From: an uncultured archaeon
GTDB lineage: Archaea > Thermoplasmatota > Thermoplasmata > Thermoplasmatales > Thermoplasmataceae
Direction of reading: 5' to 3'
DNA length: 64,000 nucleotides
Assembly (NCBI GenBank): GCA_000965745.1
Contig: CP009479.1
Location: 960,001 to 1,024,000, forward strand
Part shown: positions 30,040 to 40,477 of the stretch, one piece after another
How the letters are laid out: each line of letters opens with the position of its first letter
How positions within the stretch are numbered: position 1 is the stretch's first letter
Translations under genes and position numbers: made by a program
Notes under the pieces: model-generated
What the model saw: the letters and a program-made list of their open reading frames with translations, nothing else
Told to the model about the DNA's origin: nothing
Databases searched by the model: none

Positions 30040-31350
30040 TCAAAGCCCGTTCACTGGAAGCTTAAGCTCTTTCCTATCTACCATGTTCCCGTTCTTGATT
30101 ACAGCAGCTATATCTCGGAGGTTTTCAATGCCCTCCAAGGGGTTAGATCGCAGGAGCACAATATCGGCATTTTTGCCTTCGGAAACTGATCCCAGCTCTT
30201 CTTCTCTGCCAAGAACTTTGGCGCCATTGATTGTAGCTGCCTGCAAGACCTCCATGTTTGTGAGTCCAGCCTGTGAAAGCAGATACAGTTCCCTGTGGTA
30301 ATCGGGGCCGGAAGTCCCATCAGTACCAGCAGATATCACTGATCCCGCCTCCTGGAGCTTGAGGATATTCTCCTGCACTACGGGTGTCATCAATTCCATC
30401 CATTTTGTCCATATGTTTCCGGCAAGCCTGACCCTTTCAGTTTTCAGAAGAAACTCTCTTTCGTCGTCATCCACACATTCTCTGTAAAGGCCTCTATTAA
30501 GATAGTCCGGGTCCTTCACCAGCCTCGAATACCCTTCTCCGATTTGAAGAGTAGAAACTAGTGGTATCCTTTTGCTCGATACTATTTTACCAAACTCTTC
30601 TGTTATGGGTGATTGTATTACGGTATGTGCAAGCACATCAGCACCTGCATTTATTGCTTCTCTTGACCTCACTTCGTTTGACACGTGAACAGTCACTCTA
30701 AATCCATTCTCGTGGCACACATCTATGACATCTTTCAAGACTTTCTTCTCCAGAATTGGTATATAGGGCCTTATGCCCCATCCATGTTCATCATATGTGA
30801 TTTTCACCAGATCGGGGCCCTTTCTCAAAAATGAAATCAGTTTCTCTTTGTCTTCAGGTAGTGAATCTATCTCGCAGGCCACTTCACTCCCGTGCCCACC
30901 AGTAGCTGTAATCAGATTTCCAGTACAGAATATCCTGGGACTTGTTATAACTCCATTACGTTCTTCAGCCCTGAGAGTGTAGATCAAATCGCTGATATTT
31001 CCAGCATCAAAAATGGAAGTCACTCCTGAATATAGGTATGAATGGAGTTTCTGCAGCATTCTTTCCTTTTGTAAGGTTTCATCCATAACCTTTGAAATGG
31101 GGGCGTCTTTCAAAGGTGCGCTGTATCTCCTTGCCTTCAAATGTATATGGGCATCTATCATACCCGGGATCACAAACTTGCCTTTACCATCAAGAATTTC
31201 AAAGTCCTGTCTTTCTTTTCTCAGGTCTTCTGTTGAGATCCTTGATATTTTTCCTTTTTCTACAAGTATGTTCACTTTTTCCCTTGTAGTGCTTGCATCA
31301 ACATCAATCAGTGAAACATTCATGACTATTAGATTCCCTTCACCCTGCAT
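30040..31350 (-). CDS. Metal-dependent amidohydrolase
   Basis: PGMIDAHIH, GGHG, VKI, VTVHV, AH, AGTD, GKNADIVLL..NPL. Confidence 0.88.
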   Translation of the reverse strand: MQGEGNLIVMNVSLIDVDASTTREKVNILVEKGKISRISTEDLRKERQDFEILDGKGKFVIPGMIDAHIHLKARRYSAPLKDAPISKVMDETLQKERMLQKLHSYLYSGVTSIFDAGNISDLIYTLRAEERNGVITSPRIFCTGNLITATGGHGSEVACEIDSLPEDKEKLISFLRKGPDLVKITYDEHGWGIRPYIPILEKKVLKDVIDVCHENGFRVTVHVSNEVRSREAINAGADVLAHTVIQSPITEEFGKIVSSKRIPLVSTLQIGEGYSRLVKDPDYLNRGLYRECVDDDEREFLLKTERVRLAGNIWTKWMELMTPVVQENILKLQEAGSVISAGTDGTSGPDYHRELYLLSQAGLTNMEVLQAATINGAKVLGREEELGSVSEGKNADIVLLRSNPLEGIENLRDIAAVIKNGNMVDRKELKLPVNGL

Positions 31351-31413
31351 AAAGAGGAAATTTATGGAAGACTATATTCCTTTGCAGGAAAAATTTGCCA
31401 GTCATGAACAAAG

Positions 31414-32616
31414 TCACTTCATTTCTGCACCTCTAACCAGTACTTGCTTAATTCGTTCGGGCCTAGTCATTACACCTATATCATCCATCGGACTGCCCTC
31501 TACAAAAATTATATCTGCATCGTATCCAGGTGCAATCTTTCCAACCCTATATTTAGGACCTAGTGCATCTCCCGCAATCCCCGTTGCCGAATACAAAGCC
31601 TCCTCGGGAGTAAGTCCTCCTAAGTCAACGAGACATTCAAACTCCTTTCCATTGTTGCCATGGAGGTTAAAGGGGGTTCCAGCATCCGTGCCAAATCCAA
31701 TTTTTAATTTGTGTTTCCTAGCAAGTCTCACACTTGAGCTGTGTGGATCCAAAGCCTCTGTTGCCTTTCTTACTGCCCACTCTGGGACTCCCGCATCTTT
31801 CCCGTATTTTGATGTCATCAGGGGTGAAACCATGGTTGGCACGATTGTCAAATTATTGTTGCGGATTAGTGAGCATGCCTCGTCGTCCATGAACAGTGCG
31901 TGTTCAATAGTGTCGACCTTTGCGGTTGCCGCGTTTCTAATTCCTGCATTTGACTGAGCATGGGCGGCTACTTTTCTGAATTTGCTGTGGGATTCTTCAA
32001 CTATGTTTTCGATCTCACCAACAGAAAACTGAGGTTCGCTCGGATCATCGTGTGGCGAAGTCCCACCTCCTGATACGTGTATCTTTATGACATCTGCACC
32101 TTGCTTTATTTGTTCTCTGACAGCCTTTCTGACCTCTACTTCACCATCACTAACTCTACCGTTTGAAAACGGTGTGTCTGCATGCCCTCCTGTTTCTGTA
32201 ATAGGTCTGCCGGCAGCTATAACTCTTGGACCCTTTACAATATCATCGAGAATTGCCTCCTTCAGGGCTACTATCTGGTAACCGTTTGAACCTAGATCCC
32301 GCAACGTTGTGAAGCCTGCCATTAGGCTCTTATACGCATACTTGTAAGCCCTTATTGCACCATATTCTGTCTTTTCGACCAAAGACCTTGCAAGATTTGC
32401 TCCTGCAGTTGCAGATAGGTGAACGTGAAGGTCAATAAGACCTGGCATAACAAAGAACCCTCTTGCATCGATAACCTTGTCGACTGAAGGATCCTCTTCA
32501 AAATTATCCATCAATTTTATTATTGACCCATTCTCAACCAGTATGGATCTGCTGTCAGCAATTCCCTCTTCTTCGACTCCAGTAAAAACTGAATCCGTCC
32601 TAATTAATACTCTCAT
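31414..32616 (-). CDS. Metal-dependent amidohydrolase (Xaa-Pro dipeptidase/ochratoxinase-like)
   Basis: PGLIDLHVH, GFTTLRDLG, TGGHAD, GADVIKI, VAAHA, TIEH, GTDAG, HGNN. Confidence 0.9.
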   Translation of the reverse strand: MRVLIRTDSVFTGVEEEGIADSRSILVENGSIIKLMDNFEEDPSVDKVIDARGFFVMPGLIDLHVHLSATAGANLARSLVEKTEYGAIRAYKYAYKSLMAGFTTLRDLGSNGYQIVALKEAILDDIVKGPRVIAAGRPITETGGHADTPFSNGRVSDGEVEVRKAVREQIKQGADVIKIHVSGGGTSPHDDPSEPQFSVGEIENIVEESHSKFRKVAAHAQSNAGIRNAATAKVDTIEHALFMDDEACSLIRNNNLTIVPTMVSPLMTSKYGKDAGVPEWAVRKATEALDPHSSSVRLARKHKLKIGFGTDAGTPFNLHGNNGKEFECLVDLGGLTPEEALYSATGIAGDALGPKYRVGKIAPGYDADIIFVEGSPMDDIGVMTRPERIKQVLVRGAEMK

Positions 32617-32727
32617 GTTCTATCCAATCTAGCAATATTCATGAAAATTATAATACCTCCTGTAGCAGAATTATTGGTGAATCCCTGAATGCAACAATTT
32701 TAATGCAACTTCCATCTTTTTGCCTAT

Positions 32728-33798
32728 ATGGTGTCCACCCCTGACCTTTCGAAACTGTGCCTGTTTTCAGACTGGGAAAGTGCCGCAAGTAAAGCACTCA
32801 GCAAGGAAAACTTTGATTATGTCCAGGAGGCTGCCGGTGATGAATTGACATCCAAGGATAACCGAAGCGATCTTGATAGATGCAAGATAATACCAAGAAT
32901 ATTGAGGGGGATAGCAGGTGTAGACACCTCAACATCTGTTCTCGGCATGAATCTTCCATCCCCGATAATGCTCGCACCCGTCGGGGGCCAAGAATTGTTC
33001 GATGCTGGTGGAGAGCTTTCAGTTGCAAAAGCCTCTTCCAGGCTGGGTATTCCAATGGTCGTTAGCACGGTTTCATCCTACTCGCTCGAATCAATTTCCT
33101 CACAATTGGGAAATACTGACGGGATTTTCCAACTCTATATGTTCAACGATGACGAATTTAATAGATCACTGGTTGAAAGAGCAGAAAATTCAGGATATAA
33201 GTCAATAATCTTTACTGTGGACGGTCCTACCATAGGGAGGAGGCCCAGAAGCATAAAGAACGGTTTCAGCAATGAAGGCCATACAAGCGGGAACATGTTC
33301 GGAAAAAACAATGAGAAAGCTCTGGGAAAGCAACTGAAACTGAAATGCGACATATCGTGGTCAGATGTTGACAAGCTCAGGGAATGGACCTCACTACCTG
33401 TTGTTCTGAAAGGAATTGTTAGCCCTCTGGACGCCACTGAAGCTATGGATCGGGGAGTGGACGGCATTGTGGTATCCAACCATGGGGGAAGGCAACTTGA
33501 CGGTGCCATCTCTTCCATATCAGCCCTAGGGACTATTAATCGTGCCACTAAAGGCGAAATAACAATTCTTCTGGACGGTGGAATCAGATCCGGATCTGAT
33601 ATACTGAAGGCACTCTGCCTTGGCGCTGATGCAGTTCTGATTGGGAGACTGTACGTTTATGCACTATCGGTGGCAGGATCAAAAGGAGTTGAGAAAGCCT
33701 TAGTCGACCTTCTATCCGACCTGCAGATATCAATGCTGAACTCTGGAATTTCTTCAGTAAAGGAAGCCGATCCTTCCTATATAACTGGACCAGCGTAA
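32728..33798 (+). CDS. FMN-dependent alpha-hydroxy acid oxidase/dehydrogenase
   Basis: FQLY, TVD, LKGI, VSNHGGRQLDG, DGGIRSGSDILKA. Confidence 0.93.
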   Translation: MVSTPDLSKLCLFSDWESAASKALSKENFDYVQEAAGDELTSKDNRSDLDRCKIIPRILRGIAGVDTSTSVLGMNLPSPIMLAPVGGQELFDAGGELSVAKASSRLGIPMVVSTVSSYSLESISSQLGNTDGIFQLYMFNDDEFNRSLVERAENSGYKSIIFTVDGPTIGRRPRSIKNGFSNEGHTSGNMFGKNNEKALGKQLKLKCDISWSDVDKLREWTSLPVVLKGIVSPLDATEAMDRGVDGIVVSNHGGRQLDGAISSISALGTINRATKGEITILLDGGIRSGSDILKALCLGADAVLIGRLYVYALSVAGSKGVEKALVDLLSDLQISMLNSGISSVKEADPSYITGPA

Positions 33799-33854
33799 TC
33801 ACAAAGCAGCATTTCTAGAAATACATAAGATGCCGATAAGAAGAAAAATAGAAA

Positions 33855-34907
33855 TTATCTGGACGGGGCGTCCTTCACATAACTTCTCAGTTTCCCTAGG
33901 CCCTCGACTTCACAATCAAGGAAATCTCCATCCTTGAGGAAGAACGGTTCAGGATCCGGTTTTCTGAAAGCTGCCACACCAGATATAGTTCCTGTGGATA
34001 TCATGTCTCCGGGATTCAGAGTTACCCATGAATACCTTTCCACAATCTGCTCCAGCTTGACACTGAGCTTATTTGTAGATCCCATCTGCCTTGGATCATC
34101 ATTGACTCTGAGTTCCATCGTCATGTTGTGGGGGTCTTTTACGTATCTGTAGGGAACGAGAGTGGGCCCGAGAGGTGCAAACGTGTCAAGATTCTTGCCC
34201 AGATTCAGGAGACCATTCTTCATCTCTTCCTTCTGGAGGTCCCTGGCGGTAACATCGTTGAATACAGTGAAACCGAAAATGCCCTCTTTCGCCTCATCAA
34301 GGCGGGCATTCTTCAGCTTCTTGCCAATGATTATGGCGACTTCAAGCTCGTGGTCGAGCTTCTTTGTGAAGGAGGGCTTTTCAATAACCTTGTCGTGCCC
34401 AATTACGGAATCAGGATTCTTGAGAAAAGATATCCACTCAGGTATGGGGAATGGCCAGTCAGCAGCAGTCCCTTCCTTTGCGTGTTCTCTGAAGTTCCCC
34501 GCTGTGTGTATGATCTTCCCGGGCCTTAGAGGGGCGTGGAGGATAACATCACTTATCTTGACAACAAAGCCCTCTTTCTCAGCGAGCTTCTCCAGATCAC
34601 TCTCACTCATCCCGGAAAAGTGTTTGAAAACCTCATCAACATGGTCCATTGCATGGGGGCCAGCCTGGATCAATTTATGCATATCAGTTGGTGCGTGGGC
34701 ATCGGAATAGCATGTTCCCTTGAGATCCTTGCCCCCTTTGTTCTCGACAAAATGCCTGCTGCCAAGATTGAGGTCAACTATGTGATCTCCAACTACGAAT
34801 CCTGTCCTGCACACTCCAAGCCTGTCTCTTGAATATGTTACAAGCCTGAGTACGCCATCATTTTTTGAGGTGTATTTTCCATATATCGTCGACGCCATGA
34901 AAATCAT
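33855..34907 (-). CDS. Fumarylacetoacetate hydrolase (FAH) family protein
   Basis: NFREH, FLK, LDHELE, NDVTARD, GKNLDTFAPLGP, PGDMISTGT. Confidence 0.9.
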   Translation of the reverse strand: MIFMASTIYGKYTSKNDGVLRLVTYSRDRLGVCRTGFVVGDHIVDLNLGSRHFVENKGGKDLKGTCYSDAHAPTDMHKLIQAGPHAMDHVDEVFKHFSGMSESDLEKLAEKEGFVVKISDVILHAPLRPGKIIHTAGNFREHAKEGTAADWPFPIPEWISFLKNPDSVIGHDKVIEKPSFTKKLDHELEVAIIIGKKLKNARLDEAKEGIFGFTVFNDVTARDLQKEEMKNGLLNLGKNLDTFAPLGPTLVPYRYVKDPHNMTMELRVNDDPRQMGSTNKLSVKLEQIVERYSWVTLNPGDMISTGTISGVAAFRKPDPEPFFLKDGDFLDCEVEGLGKLRSYVKDAPSR

Positions 34908-35085
34908 TCACATATGATTAGTCTCTACTAATAATTTGCGCGTCGTACCTAGACACACATCACTCCTGTCCCGTTATATCCTTACTTTCCAGGATTTTTA
35001 CCATGCACATGCATCTGATAAAAACAGCACGTTACAGCATATGTGAGAATGGCAAAGGTTAAAAAAGAGACAGGCGATAAGCTTC

Positions 35086-37491
35086 ATGAGGCGCAAGTAT
35101 ATGGAGGTTACAAAAGAAATAGAGGTCACCCGCAGGCCTGAAACCATGCCTAAAAAATATACAGGCAAAGGGATCAAAAGAAAGCACTCATACTCACTTA
35201 TACAGGGAAAAGGAACATTTGCAGAAGACGTTGACCCTCCGAGAGGAACGTTTTACGTGAGCTTTGTAAGATCCCCCTTTGCAAGAGCCAAGATTCTTAG
35301 TATTGATACTTCAAAAGCGCTGGAGCTGGAGGGAGTCATAGAAGTCTTCACAGGTGAGGATTTCCCGGACGTCAGCCTCGGTTACTGGATGCATCTTCCA
35401 ACGCTTATGGAACCTAGGAGAAGACCACTGGCGATCGACCATGTGATGTACAACGGTGAACCTGTTGTAGCAGTTGTTGCCGTTGATCAGTATACAGCAG
35501 AAGATGCCGCTGAACTCGTGGAAGTCAACTATGAGCCGGAAGACCCTGTTCTTGATCCATTCGAAGCCATCGCAAACCCTGGGAAGAAGATATTTGATGA
35601 CATGAAAGACAACATTCTCTATACAGACAGTTACTCATCGACTTCAGACCTGCAGGAGATAATCAACAACTGCGCCCTGGTTATTGAAGAAACGTACAAG
35701 AACGGAAGAAGCACAACAATAACGCTTGAACCCAGGGTCCAGATCGCTTCTTACGACGGGGACCGGCTGGATATCTGGAGCACTACCCAGTACCCTCACG
35801 TCCTCAGGACATACATTTCTGAAATGCTTGACATTTCCGAAGGCCGGGTAAGAGTTTACGCCCTCGACGTGGGCGGAGGATGGGGGCCAAAATCGGCTGT
35901 ATTCAGTGATGACGCTACTGTTTATGCTATAGCTGTAAAGATGAAGGCTACAGTGAAATGGGTTGAAACCAGGACCGAAGACCTTCTTACAACTGGCCAC
36001 GAGAGGGACCAGATTCACAAGATAAGGGCAGGGTACAACAAGAATGGCAGACTCGTGGCTTTCTATGACGAGATGGTTGCAGACGTCGGAGCCGGTACCA
36101 CGTTCTGGGCAGAGGTCCAGCCGGCTATGGTTGCTTCAGTAACTGTTCCCGGACCTTACAAGTTTGCAAACTATGGCTTCGATCTTAAGGCTGTTACAAC
36201 CAACAAGGCCCCATGGTCTCCGAACGTAGGATTTGGGCGGCCTATAGCAGCTCTGGTTATGGAAAGGACAATGGACATGGCGGCCAGAAAGCTGAACATG
36301 GATCCAGCCCAAATAAGAAAAATAAACCTGGTCCATAAGGACGAATACCCATACAAGAGCCCCTCAAGAGTTGTTTATGACAGCGGAGATTACGAAGGGG
36401 GTCTTGAGAAGCTCAAAGAGATAATGCACTATGACGATCTAATCAAGCTCAGGAATCAGAAGAGAAAAGAGGGAAAATATCTCGGAATCGGGCTGGGCGT
36501 TTACTCTGAATATACTGCTCCCTCATCGTTCAGGCTACAGAAAATCCTTGGATGGGAAGTAGGCGGATATGAAAAAGCAGTGATCAAGGTCTCCCCCAGC
36601 GGCAAGGTTACGGTAAACCTTGGTGTGATGGACAGCGGGCAGGGCCATGATACTGTATATGCACAAGTGGCTGCGGATGGCCTTGGTGTTGACATAGATG
36701 ATGTATTTGTCTACGAAGGCGACACGGAGCGAGACCCGTACGGATTCGGCTCCTGGGCCAGCAGATCAACGGTTACAGCAGGAAATGCTGTCCTCCTCGC
36801 AGCAGAGAAGGTCAGGAAGAAGGTGCTCAGAATAGCAGCTCACAGCATGGGTACGGATGTTGAACATCTTGAAATCTCAGGAGGGGTGATAAGAAGCAGG
36901 AAATCCTCAAAAACGATGACCCTTGAGGAGGTCGCAAAGATTGCATACAGGAGATCTGTGGAACTCCCTGAAGGTGAAGAGCCCGAGATCGAGGAACATG
37001 CAATATTTGAATCACCCAATGAAAACACCGTAGTGAGTTACGCCTGGCATGGGGTACTGGCTGAAGTCGATCCTGAAGTAGGAGAGATAAGACTTCTGAA
37101 ATATTACGTGGTTGACGATGCAGGTGTGATCATCAACCCACTGAGTGCAGAGGGCCAGGTTCATGGCTCCACCATAGCTCACGGGATGCAGCAGACCTTC
37201 CATGAGCTGAAGTACAACGAAGAGGGAGTGCTTATGACATCCAACTTCTGGGATTACATCCCGATTTCAACGCTGGATGTCCCTGAGGTATTTGAGATCG
37301 CAAACCTCGAAAGCCCTTCAACCACTCCGGGAGGCTATAAGGGGATGGGAGAAGGTGGTGCTATAGGAGCACCTCCTGCTATCTCAAACGCAATATCGGA
37401 CGCACTCTCGCCCCTTGGAATAGAGATAAAGAAAATCCCGATTTCCTGGGAAGATGTTTGGGATCTGGTTCAGGAGAAGAGGAACCAGTAA
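35086..37491 (+). CDS. Second xanthine oxidase family molybdopterin large subunit, stand-alone (start possibly 35101)
   Basis: TTQYPH, GGGWGPK, loop PNVGFGR, YDSGDY, GQGHDT, WASRS, GQVHG, KGMGEGG. Confidence 0.9.
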   Translation: MRRKYMEVTKEIEVTRRPETMPKKYTGKGIKRKHSYSLIQGKGTFAEDVDPPRGTFYVSFVRSPFARAKILSIDTSKALELEGVIEVFTGEDFPDVSLGYWMHLPTLMEPRRRPLAIDHVMYNGEPVVAVVAVDQYTAEDAAELVEVNYEPEDPVLDPFEAIANPGKKIFDDMKDNILYTDSYSSTSDLQEIINNCALVIEETYKNGRSTTITLEPRVQIASYDGDRLDIWSTTQYPHVLRTYISEMLDISEGRVRVYALDVGGGWGPKSAVFSDDATVYAIAVKMKATVKWVETRTEDLLTTGHERDQIHKIRAGYNKNGRLVAFYDEMVADVGAGTTFWAEVQPAMVASVTVPGPYKFANYGFDLKAVTTNKAPWSPNVGFGRPIAALVMERTMDMAARKLNMDPAQIRKINLVHKDEYPYKSPSRVVYDSGDYEGGLEKLKEIMHYDDLIKLRNQKRKEGKYLGIGLGVYSEYTAPSSFRLQKILGWEVGGYEKAVIKVSPSGKVTVNLGVMDSGQGHDTVYAQVAADGLGVDIDDVFVYEGDTERDPYGFGSWASRSTVTAGNAVLLAAEKVRKKVLRIAAHSMGTDVEHLEISGGVIRSRKSSKTMTLEEVAKIAYRRSVELPEGEEPEIEEHAIFESPNENTVVSYAWHGVLAEVDPEVGEIRLLKYYVVDDAGVIINPLSAEGQVHGSTIAHGMQQTFHELKYNEEGVLMTSNFWDYIPISTLDVPEVFEIANLESPSTTPGGYKGMGEGGAIGAPPAISNAISDALSPLGIEIKKIPISWEDVWDLVQEKRNQ

Positions 37492-37716
37492 ATTTACACT
37501 TTTACCACTATTTTCAATTTTTTTTTGCACCGTTTTCCTCGGGGATTTCAGTTCCTCATTTTCGACAGATATGCTCTCTAATTCAGGGGGCAGGTCCTAA
37601 ACAAACGGATTCTCTTATTTTGTCCAAATATGTCCTGATATATTTATTTAAAATTATTGACCAATTCAAAATCCGCAGGTACAAAGGATTTTATACACAT
37701 CGAACGTTAACGTTAC

Positions 37717-39156
37717 ATGGTAACGTCTGACTCTCCAGAGCGTCTAAAGAAAACAAACGTGGGGACTTTCGGCCTGTTCTTTCAGGGGTTAGGGCAGGAA
37801 GCGCCAATAGCTATTTTCATTGGATCAGTGACTGGGGCTGCAGCTTTCGCACTGGGCGCAACACCTCTCGCATTCATAATCGGGATGCTGGCATCGCTGC
37901 TCTCTGGGAACAGTATCTATCAGTTCTCAAAGAAGGTCGCGCATGCGGGAGGGTACTCAGCATACGTAAACAAAGGACTTGGTAAAGCATTAGCGGCTTT
38001 CACCGGCTATCTGTATGTGCTTTACGAACTCGTGGGACCAGCTTTCATTGTATTGATCTACCTGTGGACTTTCAGCGGCTCAATTAATGCGGTTTTTGGA
38101 ACAGCACTTCCTAATTCTGTAGGGATCATTTATGTGGCTGTCGCCTTAGTTGCAGCTTTTGTAGTAGTTTTCAGAGGTCTAAGGCTGTCGGTTCTTGCAT
38201 TGACCATACTTGGAATAATACAGTTTGCAATTGTGTTTGTAATATCATCCATATTGCTGGTGAAATCCCCTGTCATCACCACCCAGCCTTTCAGCCCCGC
38301 AGTGGCGTTTGGCGGATGGCATGGCCTCTTCCTGGGATTCATAACAGGAAGTTATGGGGCATATGCAGGCTATGGCAGTGTGGTCCCACTTGGGGAGGAA
38401 GTCAAGTCCCCACACAAGTCGATAGGAAGAGCAGTTGTGCTTATTATTGTGATAATGGGTATAACATACATATTCAGCTCATTCGCCATGGTAAGCTCAT
38501 GGGGAATTTCTGCCATGTCAGGCTTTTCCAATTCCGGATTCCCGGGAGCAATACTGGCAGGAAAATACATCGGACTGTCCTCCGAGGCCGTGGTCATTTT
38601 GGTTTACAATGCCGTCATATTCACGCCGCTGGTTACAATGCTGACAGCCTGTTCAAGAATGATGTATTCCCTCAGCAGGCAGGATCTTTTGCCTAAGAGG
38701 CTTTCAAGGGTGCACAGAAAATTCGGGACACCAAGTAACGCAGTGCTGCTATCAACCCTGCTCATCACCCTTATAATAATAGTGGATGGTGCAATTTTCT
38801 GGTCCTCTTTCGGTTTCCAGTTGGGTGTGTTCTTTGCGTGGATAATTCTGGAGATCATATGGTCCCTCTCAACATTGGTAATACATGTTCTGGTCAACAC
38901 ATCGCTTTCCGTGGAGGCTGCAAGGGGCTTCAGGGCAAGGGAAATTTTCACGCATTTCGTGTTTCCCACAGCTGCATCGCTCATAATAGTGCTGGCAATC
39001 TCATTCTCTTTCCAGGGAATGTCAATGCCCATAACACTTGCGCCGATCACCCTTGTCGTATACATGCTGACAACACTCGGTGTAATGTGGCTACAGAAGG
39101 CGAAGGTCAGAGTACTGAAGTTTGAGGATGCAGTTGACCTTACTGAGGCATCATAA
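37717..39156 (+). CDS. APC superfamily amino acid/polyamine permease
   Basis: AGGYSAY, GYGSVVPLGEEVKSP, SRMMYSLSR..LLP, FGTP. Confidence 0.88.
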   Translation: MVTSDSPERLKKTNVGTFGLFFQGLGQEAPIAIFIGSVTGAAAFALGATPLAFIIGMLASLLSGNSIYQFSKKVAHAGGYSAYVNKGLGKALAAFTGYLYVLYELVGPAFIVLIYLWTFSGSINAVFGTALPNSVGIIYVAVALVAAFVVVFRGLRLSVLALTILGIIQFAIVFVISSILLVKSPVITTQPFSPAVAFGGWHGLFLGFITGSYGAYAGYGSVVPLGEEVKSPHKSIGRAVVLIIVIMGITYIFSSFAMVSSWGISAMSGFSNSGFPGAILAGKYIGLSSEAVVILVYNAVIFTPLVTMLTACSRMMYSLSRQDLLPKRLSRVHRKFGTPSNAVLLSTLLITLIIIVDGAIFWSSFGFQLGVFFAWIILEIIWSLSTLVIHVLVNTSLSVEAARGFRAREIFTHFVFPTAASLIIVLAISFSFQGMSMPITLAPITLVVYMLTTLGVMWLQKAKVRVLKFEDAVDLTEAS

Positions 39157-39180
39157 AATTTTTAAATTGTTTCAGGGGAC

Positions 39181-40413
39181 CTAAACAAGCCCCTTTATTT
39201 TTTCAGACAGTTCATCAACGGAATTCATCAGAGTAACCTGTTCTGCGGACGTAAATCTCGGGACATAGTCCTTGAACCCGTTTCCTGTTATCATGGCCGA
39301 AACAGTTTCATCTCCTCTGATTCTCCCGTCTGATATGGCCCTTTTCACTGCTGCAAGTGCTGTGGCTGACGACATCTCGGAAAATATACCTTCTCTTTTC
39401 GCTATTTCCTTCTGTGCATCCATGATCTCAGCATCGGTCACAGTGATCCCGAATCCTCCGGATCCTTTTACGGCCATTAGGGGATGATTTGCGCCGAAGT
39501 TAACTCTGAGTGCTCCTGCGATTGTATCAGCAGTCTCTGTGTCTTCAACCGAATCGAGTTTTCTGTCGATTGCCTGCACAAGTGGGTTGGCTCCTGCTCC
39601 CTGGACGGGGACCATCTTAGGTATGCTGTCCACAAGCCCGAGCTCCTTAAGCTCGGAAAATCCCTTGAAAATGGCGTAGAGGAGATCTCCACCGGCAGTG
39701 GGGACTATAATGTAGTCAGGGGTATGGGTTGCAGCAATTTCATAGGCGACAGTCTTGAGCGCGTCGAGTGCAAGTGGGTTGAAGGGAGCCCAAACAAACC
39801 CGTTGTGCCAGGTGGGAAGTGCTTCCTGAACCTTCTGGAGTGCCTTAAACAGGCTATCCTTCGTGGAGAAAAGATTTCTCACCCTGATGATGGTGGGATC
39901 GTACATTGAAATCTGGCCAAGTTTTGATATTGTAGAGTCTTCCCTTACGAGGAGAAGTGATTTTATTCCCCCTCTTGCAGCATACGTAGAAATGGCGGCT
40001 GCAGCATTTCCGGAGGAAGCCGTAAAAATGCCTTCCTTATGCCATTCCTTCACGAGAGAAACCTCCATGGAACCGACCCTGTCCTTGAACGACCCGCTTG
40101 GGTTCTGACCTTCCAGTTTGCACCAGAGATTTGATGCACCTATCTCTTTCCCATAGGATTTCGCCTCTACATACGGTGTCCATCCTTCGTTAAGTGAAGT
40201 AATATTTTCTGGAGATACGGGCGGGAACAGGTCTTTAAAGTGCCAGATCGATCTTCCTCTGTTTTTCAGGTCGATCTCAACATCATCGAGGTTGTACCTT
40301 CCTGTCAAAATTCCGCCGCATGACTCGCATACAGACAAAGTTGTTGAATCATATGCCTTCCCGCACTCAAGGCAAACCAAGCCTTCGTATGAATTCCCGC
40401 TCATGCCCTGCAT
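39181..40413 (-). CDS. thrC: Threonine synthase-like PLP enzyme (fold type II)
   Basis: N-terminal CxxC..CxxC, SLNEGWTP, NPSGSFKDR (PLP Lys), ASSGNA, KT.AYEI, EGIFSE, TGNGFK; true substrate uncertain given the catabolic context. Confidence 0.75.
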   Translation of the reverse strand: MQGMSGNSYEGLVCLECGKAYDSTTLSVCESCGGILTGRYNLDDVEIDLKNRGRSIWHFKDLFPPVSPENITSLNEGWTPYVEAKSYGKEIGASNLWCKLEGQNPSGSFKDRVGSMEVSLVKEWHKEGIFTASSGNAAAAISTYAARGGIKSLLLVREDSTISKLGQISMYDPTIIRVRNLFSTKDSLFKALQKVQEALPTWHNGFVWAPFNPLALDALKTVAYEIAATHTPDYIIVPTAGGDLLYAIFKGFSELKELGLVDSIPKMVPVQGAGANPLVQAIDRKLDSVEDTETADTIAGALRVNFGANHPLMAVKGSGGFGITVTDAEIMDAQKEIAKREGIFSEMSSATALAAVKRAISDGRIRGDETVSAMITGNGFKDYVPRFTSAEQVTLMNSVDELSEKIKGLV

Positions 40414-40477
40414 ATCGGCATATGAGCTAATTAACGTTTCTTTCTGGAGCTCAGACCAGGCTTAAGATATTGCATTA

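Noticed and set aside
31013-31957. 314-aa plus-strand ORF and similar long antisense ORFs (for example 10454-11107, 19320-19919, 23851-24468, 61538-62098)
   Set aside because: Ser/Phe/Ile-rich mirror frames of well-supported genes on the opposite strand; no motifs
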